DNA of 52,802 nucleotides, counting the filler, from Deltaproteobacteria bacterium (GTDB lineage Bacteria; CG2-30-53-67), in assembly GCA_013151235.1 (NCBI GenBank). It is 3 parts of 3 records of this genome, joined end to end, with 100 filler letters (N's around TTAATTAATTAA, not from the genome) between each part and the next. Parts side by side here need not be neighbours in the genome. Positions count along the whole stretch, not along the records: positions 29,245 to 52,802 come from JAADIO010000048.1; 2 more parts are not named here. The stretch is one strand, 5' to 3'. A program made the translations under genes and the position numbers. Shown piece after piece: positions 42,521-51,178 of the stretch. Every line of letters begins with the position of its first letter. The first letter of the stretch is position 1. Below the pieces are notes generated by a model, which did not search any database, was not told where the DNA came from, and was given only the letters and a program-made list of their open reading frames with translations.

Positions 42521-43078
42521 GTGATGATTGCAAAATTTATTGAGGATGAGATCTGCTATACCGGCCGGGAATTGACCTCCCACTGGGCTTATCGCCGATT
42601 CGGCCTTTTGGGCGACAGTATCGTCGCCTTCCGTGGTCCCTGTGATCTTCCTGTAGAACGGATGGCCGACCTGGAGGATATCCTCTCCGATGCGCCGATC
42701 CACAGCACCCGGATGCTTCATTTCATTGTGGAACATTTCGGGATCTCCCTGGAAATCTCGATCCTGCGGCAGCGTCTGCTGATCTGTCTCATTGCGGAAG
42801 AACTGAACCGGGATGGTGCGGTAAGGGTGATCCGCAGGGGAGACGACCTTTATTCCGGGGAAGGAAAACTCTCCGTTTCTATTGCCGTACAGAGCCCCGT
42901 TTCCACGATGATCCATGCCGGTCTGAACGTGGTGACGGAAGGGACTCCCGTCAGGACCGCCGGTCTTTCGGAACTCGGTGTCGCTCCGGAAGGGTTGGCG
43001 GAAGAGATCCTTGTCCGTTACGGTGAGGAGATTGACGGGATTGCCCGTGCCCGGTGTAAGGTCAGGGGGGTTCCCTGA
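42521..43078 (+). CDS. DUF366 family protein (BPL/LplA-like fold)
   Basis: YTGREL..HWAY..FG..GDSIVAFRGPC, MLHFIVEHF, RQRLL, RGDDLY...KLSVSIA. Confidence 0.85.
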   Translation: MMIAKFIEDEICYTGRELTSHWAYRRFGLLGDSIVAFRGPCDLPVERMADLEDILSDAPIHSTRMLHFIVEHFGISLEISILRQRLLICLIAEELNRDGAVRVIRRGDDLYSGEGKLSVSIAVQSPVSTMIHAGLNVVTEGTPVRTAGLSELGVAPEGLAEEILVRYGEEIDGIARARCKVRGVP

Positions 43079-43827
43079 TGGAGAGGGAGACCGTGTCGGT
43101 TATGGAGATCTTTACCTCCCTCCAGGGGGAAGGTCCGGAGTTGGGAGCTCGTCATCTCTTTGTCCGGTTTTACGGGTGTAACCGTAGATGTGTTTATTGC
43201 GACACGGAGGCGGCGCTGAAGCTTTCCGGTCCATGCCGAATCGAACAGACTCCGGGCCGGGGGGATTTTCGGGAGCGGCCCAATCCCCTGAACCTGGAGG
43301 AGGTCGCCCACCTGATCCTCTCCGGTTCGGTTCAGGCAGGGGGGATTGATGCACTGACGCTCACCGGTGGAGAGCCGTTGCTTTATGCCCCTTTTCTCCG
43401 GGAACTTCTCCCCCTGCTGGATCATCGTTTCCCCTGCCTGCTCGAAACCAACGGTCTTCTCTCTGATGCCCTGCAGTCGGTCCTTCCCTGGATCGATGTT
43501 GTTTCCATGGATGTGAAAATCCCTTCCGCCACCGGAGAGGCGGCCGACTGGGAGGGGCATCGACGTTTCCTTCAGACCGGGGGGGCGAAGATCGGTTATG
43601 TCAAGACGGTCCTCTCTCCGGACGTGAAAGAGGACGAACTCCACCTTCTGGCGGAACTGATCCGCTCCGGAGGCTGTCCACCCCTTGTCCTGCAGCCGGT
43701 GAGCGGCTCGGAGCGGGACCGTTCCTGGATTGAAAGGCTCTTTGATATACAGGCGGGTTTGCGGGAAGCGGGGATCGATTCAGTCCGCATCATTCCCCAG
43801 GTCCATAAGCTTCTTGGGGTGTTGTAG
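43078..43827 (+). CDS. queE: 7-carboxy-7-deazaguanine synthase QueE (radical SAM)
   Basis: EIFTSLQGEG, FVRFYGCNRRCVYCDT, TGGEPL, LETNG, LQP, PQVHKLL. Confidence 0.9.
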   Translation: MERETVSVMEIFTSLQGEGPELGARHLFVRFYGCNRRCVYCDTEAALKLSGPCRIEQTPGRGDFRERPNPLNLEEVAHLILSGSVQAGGIDALTLTGGEPLLYAPFLRELLPLLDHRFPCLLETNGLLSDALQSVLPWIDVVSMDVKIPSATGEAADWEGHRRFLQTGGAKIGYVKTVLSPDVKEDELHLLAELIRSGGCPPLVLQPVSGSERDRSWIERLFDIQAGLREAGIDSVRIIPQVHKLLGVL

Positions 43828-43829
43828 GG

Positions 43830-44927
43830 ATGTCAAAGAAAGAAAAAGTTCTCGTCGCCATGAGCGGCGGTGTTGACAGTTCCGTGGCGGCGGCGCTCCT
43901 GAAAGATGCGGGGTACGATGTTGTGGGTGCAACCATGAAGATCTGGGATGAAGGAAGGGAGGGAACCTTCGAGAATCCCCGGATCTGCTGCTCCCTCACC
44001 GCCGTGGAGGACGCACTGGCCGTCTGCGAATGCCTCGGAATTCCTTATCATATCCTTGAGTTCCAGGACTTTTTTCGTAAAGAGATCGTCGAGAACTTTT
44101 GTGCCGAATACCGGGCCGGACGAACGCCGAATCCCTGTGTTCTCTGCAACACGCTCCTCAAGTTTCATCACTTTCTGAAAGAGGCCGAAAGATTAGGCTG
44201 TGACCGGATCGCCACGGGCCACTATGCACGGATCGAGCATGACCCCGGATCCGGTTTTTACCGCCTGAGGAAGGGGCTCGACCCCGGCAAGGACCAGTCC
44301 TATTTTCTCTACGGCGTGACTCAGGAGATTCTTGCACGTCTTCTCTTTCCGGTTGGCGACTACCGAAAGACCGGGATCCGGGAACTGGCCGAAAAGTTTT
44401 CTCTTCCCGTGGCTGAGAAGGCGGAGAGTCAGGAGATCTGCTTTATTCCGGATAACGACTACACAGCCTTCCTCCATCGCCGGGATCCCGACGCCTTCCG
44501 GGAAGGGGAGATCCGGGATCGGCAGGGAAGACTCCTCGGCCGTCACGGCGGATATATGAATTTTACCGTGGGACAGCGGCGGGGACTGGGAGTCGCCCAT
44601 CCCGTTCCGCTCTATGTTGTGGCGATCCGTCCCGAAGAAAATCTCGTTGTCGCGGGGGAGAAGAAGGACCTCTTGTCCCTGGAAGCGAAGGTCGTCTCCA
44701 TCAACTGGGTTTCCGGTTTTCCCCCGGATTCAACGGCCCGGCTGACGGCGAAAATCCGCTACCGCCATCAGGGGGCAAAGGCCCGGATCGAGATCTCCGG
44801 AAATTCCGCGGCGACGTGCCGGGTGGTCTTTGACACACCCCAGGAGGCGATTACCCCGGGTCAGTCGATGGTTTTTTACGACGACGATATTGTCCTGGGC
44901 GGCGGGATCATTGATGAAGTAACCTGA
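43830..44927 (+). CDS. mnmA: tRNA 2-thiouridylase MnmA (CXXC type)
   Basis: AMSGGVDSS, TPNPCVLCN, ATGHY, KDQSYFL, ESQEICF, TVGQRRG, TPGQ. Confidence 0.96.
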   Translation: MSKKEKVLVAMSGGVDSSVAAALLKDAGYDVVGATMKIWDEGREGTFENPRICCSLTAVEDALAVCECLGIPYHILEFQDFFRKEIVENFCAEYRAGRTPNPCVLCNTLLKFHHFLKEAERLGCDRIATGHYARIEHDPGSGFYRLRKGLDPGKDQSYFLYGVTQEILARLLFPVGDYRKTGIRELAEKFSLPVAEKAESQEICFIPDNDYTAFLHRRDPDAFREGEIRDRQGRLLGRHGGYMNFTVGQRRGLGVAHPVPLYVVAIRPEENLVVAGEKKDLLSLEAKVVSINWVSGFPPDSTARLTAKIRYRHQGAKARIEISGNSAATCRVVFDTPQEAITPGQSMVFYDDDIVLGGGIIDEVT

Positions 44928-45121
44928 ATCCGGAGGTTTGATGCTCTGCTGACCTTATATAACGCATTACCGCATTCTTTTCAACGTGAAGTCGATGGAC
45001 GGCGGGGGTTGCCGTAACCGGGCCGGGAAAAAACTTGTTTTCCAAATTTAATTAGGATAATATATTCCCAATTTTCAGATCTCTTCTCAGAAGAACTCAC
45101 GAACGGCGGCAACGGCTCACT

Positions 45122-46888
45122 ATGACAAGTGGGGAGCAGTACATTCAGGACGGTTTGCGAATGGTGCCGGAGGATCTCTATTCCGGCAGGAAGCAGGAAC
45201 TTCAGACCCTTCTGAAGATGCTGACCGGTCTTCCCCGGGTGCCGGTGCAGAGTGCCGCGATCCTTGGTCCCGGTCGGGTGGGGACGAGCGAATTTCTCAA
45301 ACGTCTCTACCTCGAACTCTTTCGCTCCGGTGGCGATGTCATTCCCTTCTATTATCGGTTTGAACGGATCTTTCATGATCCGCTCCATTTTGTCCGGGAT
45401 TATCTGGCCTGCCTGATCCGGCAGTATTCAGCTTTTCAGTGCAATGATCCGTCACTTTTCGTTTCCGGTTCCCCTTGTTTCTCCTCCGTTCAGAAACTGG
45501 CCTATGGGCAGTCTGACAAAACCCTCGACCGGTTTTTCGAGGCTCTCGACGAGGCTTTCGAGGCGGACGACCGGGAAGCATGTCTTAAGGCCGCGCTTTA
45601 TGCACCGGCCGTTCTCGCCGAGGGTGCCGGGAAATATGCCGTGATGATGGTTGATCATTTTCATCTCGCACTCCGGATGTCCTGGTCTGCCTGTCCGTCT
45701 CTGATGGAGCTTTATCCTGCGGTGATGGAGGTCCGCCGGGCACCGCATCTGATCACCGGTCTCTCCGGTCTTTTGCAACGGGATTTTTTAGGGATGGAAT
45801 CAACGGCCGGTCTGATCCGCCGGATTCAAATGGATGTTCTGGATGAGGAAAGTGCCCTTGCGGCCTTCCTGCATCTGGCGGAGCGTTATCAGGTCAAGGC
45901 CGATCCCGAAGCGGTTCGGTGTGAATTGGCCCGCTTTCACGGGGTTCCCTACTACATGGTTTGCCTGATCCGGCGGGCACGGCAGCAGGGCCTTGCCCTC
46001 ACTTCCGCAGAGGTGATCGGCGATCTTTATTTCCGGGAGATTGCCGGGGGGGAGATTGCCGCGTATTTTGAAGCCATTCTCAACCGTTCTTTCCGTGACC
46101 CCTTTGCCAAACGGGATGCCGTGCGGATCATGAATCTGCCCCCTCTCGCCGGGGGGAGCGTGCTGCGGATCGAGGAGGTGGCCAAACGGGTTTCGCTCGA
46201 CCTCCAGCGGGTACGGGAATTGACGGAATCCCTGATCCAGGGAGGGCTGCTGGAAGGGGATTACGGGATGGTTCATCTCACGGCCGACCCGGTTCTGGCC
46301 GATTTTCTGAAAGCGGCGCAGCGATCCTGGCTGACCCGGACCGGTGAAGAATCGATTCGAAGGGAAATCCTGAAGGAATCGCCCGATGTGCCTATTCTGA
46401 CGGAGTTGCAGGGGAACGAGGAGCCTGGGGGTTCCGGAGTCAAACGGGAGAAGATCTCCTTCGGCCTGGTCCTCCCGATGGTCTCCGAGACGGAGTTGGT
46501 GGCGGCCCGTGCATTGGAGCAGGTGGCGGAGCGGGTCGATTTTCCCGACGAGGAGATCGGCAAAATCCGGATGGCCCTTATCGAAGCCTGTATCAACTCT
46601 TTCGAGCACAGCGGAAGTTCCGATGGAAAAATCTATATCACCTTTACCCTGGACCGCGAGAAGTTGACCATCGTGGTGGAAGACAAGGGGCGTTCCTTTG
46701 ATCCGAAGCGGGTCCCGGCGCCGGAACGGGTAACGACCCGGAAGGCCCCTTCCCGAAGGGGGTGGGGGATTGAACTGATCAAGAACCTCATGGATCGGGT
46801 GGAGTTTGATGACGTGGCGGTGGGGACGCGACTTCGGATGATCAAGTACCTGCCGAGGGATGCCGGTTTAAAGGCGGAGGCGGGATAG
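45122..46888 (+). CDS. Fusion: degenerate P-loop ATPase-like N-terminus plus C-terminal RsbW/SpoIIAB-type anti-sigma kinase
   Basis: GRKQEL...ILGPGRVGTS...MMVDHFH; C-terminal MALIEACINSFEHS, VEDKGRSFDP, RGWGIELIKNLMDRV, GTRLRMIK. Confidence 0.8.
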   Translation: MTSGEQYIQDGLRMVPEDLYSGRKQELQTLLKMLTGLPRVPVQSAAILGPGRVGTSEFLKRLYLELFRSGGDVIPFYYRFERIFHDPLHFVRDYLACLIRQYSAFQCNDPSLFVSGSPCFSSVQKLAYGQSDKTLDRFFEALDEAFEADDREACLKAALYAPAVLAEGAGKYAVMMVDHFHLALRMSWSACPSLMELYPAVMEVRRAPHLITGLSGLLQRDFLGMESTAGLIRRIQMDVLDEESALAAFLHLAERYQVKADPEAVRCELARFHGVPYYMVCLIRRARQQGLALTSAEVIGDLYFREIAGGEIAAYFEAILNRSFRDPFAKRDAVRIMNLPPLAGGSVLRIEEVAKRVSLDLQRVRELTESLIQGGLLEGDYGMVHLTADPVLADFLKAAQRSWLTRTGEESIRREILKESPDVPILTELQGNEEPGGSGVKREKISFGLVLPMVSETELVAARALEQVAERVDFPDEEIGKIRMALIEACINSFEHSGSSDGKIYITFTLDREKLTIVVEDKGRSFDPKRVPAPERVTTRKAPSRRGWGIELIKNLMDRVEFDDVAVGTRLRMIKYLPRDAGLKAEAG

Positions 46889-46958
46889 GAAAGATCAATA
46901 TTGTTATTCCTCCCTTTCGCAAAGGGGGGGGTGAAAAATTGATGATAGGGAGACGGGC

Positions 46959-47318
46959 ATGGGAGGTGTGGAGGTTGCAGTCAAGTTCCGGGAGGATTGC
47001 GCGATCTTTTATCCCCACGGTTATATCAACAACCTGGGGGGGGAGAAGATTGAGCAGCGGTGTGCGGATGTCCTGCAGGATGGATACCGGAAGTTTGTCG
47101 TCAATTTTGAGAACTCGCCGATCATCAACAGTATCGGGATTTCTTTTTTGATCGGGATGATCGACCGGATTAACAAGTCCGAGGGTTCCGTCTGTTTTTC
47201 CAATCTGACCGGGAACAACTCCGAGGTCTTCGAATTTATGGGATTGACCCGCTTTGCCCCCATTTTTTCCAGCGAAGAAGAAGCGCTTCATTATACGCAG
47301 GAGCATCAGGGAGGATGA
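46959..47318 (+). CDS. STAS-domain anti-sigma antagonist (RsbV/SpoIIAA-like)
   Basis: GYIN, VVNF, INSIGI phospho-acceptor Ser motif, VFEFMGL, EEEAL. Confidence 0.88.
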   Translation: MGGVEVAVKFREDCAIFYPHGYINNLGGEKIEQRCADVLQDGYRKFVVNFENSPIINSIGISFLIGMIDRINKSEGSVCFSNLTGNNSEVFEFMGLTRFAPIFSSEEEALHYTQEHQGG

Positions 47319-48562
47319 TGGAGGAAATGATTACACCTCAGTCCCGGACGGAGATTCGGAAGATGCTCTATGCTTTCAGCTCGCTCAATGACCTCGGACA
47401 GGTCATTACGTCCAACGGGTCCTTTGATGATGTGACTCGCTCCGGTCTCTATCTGATTTTGGGGACCCTCTCGGCGGTGCGGGGGGCTGTCTTTCGCTAT
47501 TCAACGGAAGAGGGGGGGTTGCGGCTTCTGGCCGCCAAAGGGGTGGAGGAATCGGTTTTCCCTTTGCTTCCGCTCTCGAAGGAAGAGGAGCGGTCTTTCC
47601 TGACGGTGCCCCATGTGGTGATGCTGAATCCCCCACCGGTTGAGCTGAACGGGTTCTTTGTCCGCCATGGAGAGCGGTGCCTGGAACTTCAGGCGGCGTT
47701 ACTGGTTCCACTTCGGGTCGGAGAGGAACTGGTCGGGATTCTGACCCTGGGTGAACGATTCGGCGGCGGAGAGTACACCGGGGAGGACCTGCAGGTCCTG
47801 GCGATGATGGCCCAGCAGCTTTCCGTGACACTCCACAATCAGCGGCTCTTTTCGCTGTTGCAGAAAAAAGCGGAAGAGAACCGGGTTCTCTATGAAAATC
47901 TCCGGAAGATCTATCACGATACGATCCGGGCCTTTGCCGCCGCCATTGATGCCAAGGACGAGTATACCCGGGGGCATTCGGCCCGGGTGGCGGCCTATGC
48001 CGTTGCCCTCGGGGAAGAGCTGGGATTGCCCCCGAAGGTGATCGAAGGGCTGCGTCTGGCCGGCCTGCTCCATGATATCGGCAAGATTACCGTCGATAGT
48101 TCAATCATCCGAAAAAAGACGTGTCTCAGTGCGGAAGAGATGGTGGAGATGCACCGGCATCCGGCAGTCGGCTATGAGATCCTTTCGAAGATCCAGTTCC
48201 CCTGGGGGGACCTTTCGTCTCTGGCGCGGCATCATCATGAGAAGATCGACGGAAAAGGGTATCCCGATGGTTTGCGCGGCAAAGACATCGATCTGGATGT
48301 CCGGATCATTACCCTGGCCGACGCCTTTGATGCGATGACGACGGACCGGCCTTACCGGAAGCAGATCGGCCTGGCCGAGGCGTTGTGCGAGGTCAAACGT
48401 TGTATGGGGTCGCAGTTCGACGCCGATGTCGCCCGGGTTCTCTTCCGGGTCCTGGAAAAGGAGTTGATCGGGAGTGCCGATCCTCCCCGGATCCTGCCGC
48501 ACTTGACCATGCAGTACGATGCTGCTCAGGTCTGCCGTATGATCCGGACCTTCTATCAGTAG
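47315..48562 (+). CDS. GAF plus HD-GYP phosphohydrolase
   Basis: N-terminal GAF; DAKDEYTRGHS, HDIGK, HHEKIDGKGYP, ADAFDAMT..RPYR. Confidence 0.92.
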   Translation: MMEEMITPQSRTEIRKMLYAFSSLNDLGQVITSNGSFDDVTRSGLYLILGTLSAVRGAVFRYSTEEGGLRLLAAKGVEESVFPLLPLSKEEERSFLTVPHVVMLNPPPVELNGFFVRHGERCLELQAALLVPLRVGEELVGILTLGERFGGGEYTGEDLQVLAMMAQQLSVTLHNQRLFSLLQKKAEENRVLYENLRKIYHDTIRAFAAAIDAKDEYTRGHSARVAAYAVALGEELGLPPKVIEGLRLAGLLHDIGKITVDSSIIRKKTCLSAEEMVEMHRHPAVGYEILSKIQFPWGDLSSLARHHHEKIDGKGYPDGLRGKDIDLDVRIITLADAFDAMTTDRPYRKQIGLAEALCEVKRCMGSQFDADVARVLFRVLEKELIGSADPPRILPHLTMQYDAAQVCRMIRTFYQ

Positions 48563-48600
48563 AGAGACAACATTACTCTTTGATTGCAGAGGATTTAGAA

Positions 48601-49605
48601 ATGCAAGCCGGTTCCCCAGCAGATCCGGTTCGACGGGGGGGCGGGTTTTTCCCGATGGATCGGCGGGAGGTTCTCCTTTGGTGTCTCTTTGCCGGGACCT
48701 TTTTTCTGCTCTCTCTCGGATTGATTCGTCTTCTCCTCGGGCCGTGGGCACTGACCGCCTCGGGAATGCTTACCCTCGGTGCGGTAGCGCTGCTGTTTGC
48801 CCTGAAGGCCTCCTTTGTACAGAGGCCGAGACGGGAGGGGCCGGGGATGATGCGCCGGTCGGACCGTCTCTCTCTGCTCGGGACCCTGACGGCGGGGTTG
48901 GCCCATGAGATCCGGAACCCTCTTGTATCCATCAAGACGTATTTCCAGCTCCTGCCGGAACGGTACGACGATCAGGATTTTCGTGACCGATTTCAGAAGG
49001 TCGCGTCCAAGGAGGTGGACCGGATCTCCCGTCTTGTGGAGGAACTCCTGGAATTTGCCCGCCCCTCGGACCCGAAGTTTCGTTCCGTCAATGTCCATGC
49101 GCTGCTCGACGAGGTCCTCACCCTGGTCGATGCCGGTGCCCGGAAACGGAAGATTGAACTTGTGCGGGATTATGGTGCCGTCCTGCCGGAAGAGTTTGTC
49201 TGCGACCCGGAACAGATCAAACAGGTCCTCTTGAATATTGCACGGAATGCCTTCGATGCCGTCAACGGCGACGGTCGGGTCATCTTCCGGACCCGCTCTT
49301 CCCGACCCGCTGATGAAAAGGGGGTTTTCATCATCGAGATTGAAGACAACGGAGTGGGGATTACCGAGGAGCAGCAGCGCCGGCTCTTTACCCCGTTTTT
49401 TACTACCAAGTCATCCGGGACGGGACTCGGGCTGGCCATCTCCCGCCGGATTGTTGAGGATCACCTGGGGACGCTTACCCTGGAAAGCCGCCCCAAGGTA
49501 GGAACCAAGTGCCGTCTTCAACTCCCCCGCAACCCCCAACTCCATGAACGAAGAAGGGAGAGGGTAATGATGGTCACCCCCGATCAAAAGGACCGGATCC
49601 ATTGA
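48601..49605 (+). CDS. Two-TM sensor histidine kinase (NtrB-like)
   Basis: AHEIRNPL, QVLLNIARNA, DNGVG, FTPFFTTK, GTGLGL; start at 48601 or 48655. Confidence 0.9.
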   Translation: MQAGSPADPVRRGGGFFPMDRREVLLWCLFAGTFFLLSLGLIRLLLGPWALTASGMLTLGAVALLFALKASFVQRPRREGPGMMRRSDRLSLLGTLTAGLAHEIRNPLVSIKTYFQLLPERYDDQDFRDRFQKVASKEVDRISRLVEELLEFARPSDPKFRSVNVHALLDEVLTLVDAGARKRKIELVRDYGAVLPEEFVCDPEQIKQVLLNIARNAFDAVNGDGRVIFRTRSSRPADEKGVFIIEIEDNGVGITEEQQRRLFTPFFTTKSSGTGLGLAISRRIVEDHLGTLTLESRPKVGTKCRLQLPRNPQLHERRRERVMMVTPDQKDRIH

Positions 49606-50276
49606 GCGAAAACGTTCTGGTCCTGAGGGATGTCGGGTTTTCTTATCGGTTTGACCGTAAATCTTTTTCTCCTCCTGTTCTGAAACAGATCAACCTGACC
49701 GTACAGCGGGGCGAGGTCGTTGTCCTGGTCGGTCCCTCCGGGGCGGGCAAATCGTCTTTGCTGCGTCTTCTGAATCGTCTTGAAGATCCGGGGGAGGGAG
49801 AAATCCTCTTCGACGGGATTCCCCTGTGCGAGCGGTCTCCGCAGGAACTGCGGCGGAAGATCGCCTTGCTGTTGCAGGAGATTTTCCTGATCGAGGGCAG
49901 TATTCGGGACAATCTTCTCCTTCCTTTCGATGGGGAAGGAGGCATTCGGGATCGGCGGCGGGCGATGGAGGCCGCCCTCGATGCCGTGGGACTTCCCGGC
50001 GGCTTTCTCCGTCGATCCACTGGGGAATTGTCCGTGGGGGAACGACAACGGGTCGGCATTGCCCGCATCCTGATGACCTCCCCCCGGGTTATGCTGCTCG
50101 ATGAACCGACTTCGGCCCTTGATCGGGAGAACCGGCGGGTGTTGGCGCAGACGATTCGCCGGATCAATCGCGATCGGTCGATGACCTTTGTCGTGGTGAC
50201 CCATTCCCGGAGTTTTGCCGAGGAGCTTGCAGGACGGATCGTGCGCATCCGGAAGGGAGAGATCCTGTCCCCATGA
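49602..50276 (+). CDS. ABC transporter ATP-binding protein (FetA/YbbL-like)
   Basis: GPSGAGKS, LSVGERQRV, LLDEPTSALD, VTH; coupled to the FetB-like permease. Confidence 0.88.
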   Translation: MSENVLVLRDVGFSYRFDRKSFSPPVLKQINLTVQRGEVVVLVGPSGAGKSSLLRLLNRLEDPGEGEILFDGIPLCERSPQELRRKIALLLQEIFLIEGSIRDNLLLPFDGEGGIRDRRRAMEAALDAVGLPGGFLRRSTGELSVGERQRVGIARILMTSPRVMLLDEPTSALDRENRRVLAQTIRRINRDRSMTFVVVTHSRSFAEELAGRIVRIRKGEILSP

Positions 50277-51073
50277 TGGATGAAGCGATTCTGAATATCG
50301 GTATCGGGCAACTGGCGTTGACCGTTCTTCTGATCCTGCTGGTAGTGGGGCTCTCCTTTTATGAAAAGCTCCGCCTGACAAAGGATTATCTCGTCGGTGT
50401 GGTTCGGACCGTGGTCCAGCTTTTTCTGGTGGGGTATATTCTCGATGCGCTCTTTGCCTTGAACCGATGGCCTCTGGTCCTGTGCGCCCTGGCCGTCATG
50501 GTTTCTGCGGCCTGCCAGGCCGGTGTGGGGAGGTTGAAATGGCGGCAGAGCCGCAGCCGGCTTTTCGCAGGGATGGGTTTTGCGCTGATCCTGGGGACCG
50601 GTGTGACCCTCTTTGTCGTCACCCGGATCGTCCTTCGCATCAATCCTTGGTACCATCCCCGGTACCTGATCCCCTTGGCGGGAATGATCATCGGCAACGC
50701 CATGAACGGGGCGACCCTCGGTGCCGAGCGCTTCCGGAGTGAATTGATCCTCCGGAAAAACGAGGTGGAGACGCTCCTTTGCCTCGGATTTGATGTGCGT
50801 CGAGCCTCCGAGAGTGCGCGAAAGAGTGCGATGTCGGCGGCCCTTCTCCCGATGCTGAACAGTATGATGGTGGTGGGACTCGTTTCGCTGCCGGGCATGA
50901 TGACCGGGCAGATCCTTTCCGGAACCTCTCCGCTGATCGCGGTCCGTTACCAGATTGTTGTAATGATCATGATTTCTTCGGCGGTGGCTCTCAGTTCCTT
51001 TGTCATGGTTCGATTCCTGACACGGAGTTTTTTCACCGGGGCGGCACAGATCCGTTACGAGGCCTTGCATTGA
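50273..51073 (+). CDS. fetB: FetB/YbbM (UPF0014) family ABC permease
   Basis: RTVVQL, RYLIPLAGMIIGNAMN, VGLVSLPGMMTGQILSG.SP..AVRYQI. Confidence 0.85.
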   Translation: MMDEAILNIGIGQLALTVLLILLVVGLSFYEKLRLTKDYLVGVVRTVVQLFLVGYILDALFALNRWPLVLCALAVMVSAACQAGVGRLKWRQSRSRLFAGMGFALILGTGVTLFVVTRIVLRINPWYHPRYLIPLAGMIIGNAMNGATLGAERFRSELILRKNEVETLLCLGFDVRRASESARKSAMSAALLPMLNSMMVVGLVSLPGMMTGQILSGTSPLIAVRYQIVVMIMISSAVALSSFVMVRFLTRSFFTGAAQIRYEALH

Positions 51074-51178
51074 TTTACCGATTTGGGGTGTTGACTCCTT
51101 TGCCTGTTCCATAATAAAATATAACCATTCATCCTGTCGAAAACCGGAACATAAATTATAGATCATATTGAGGGGTAC

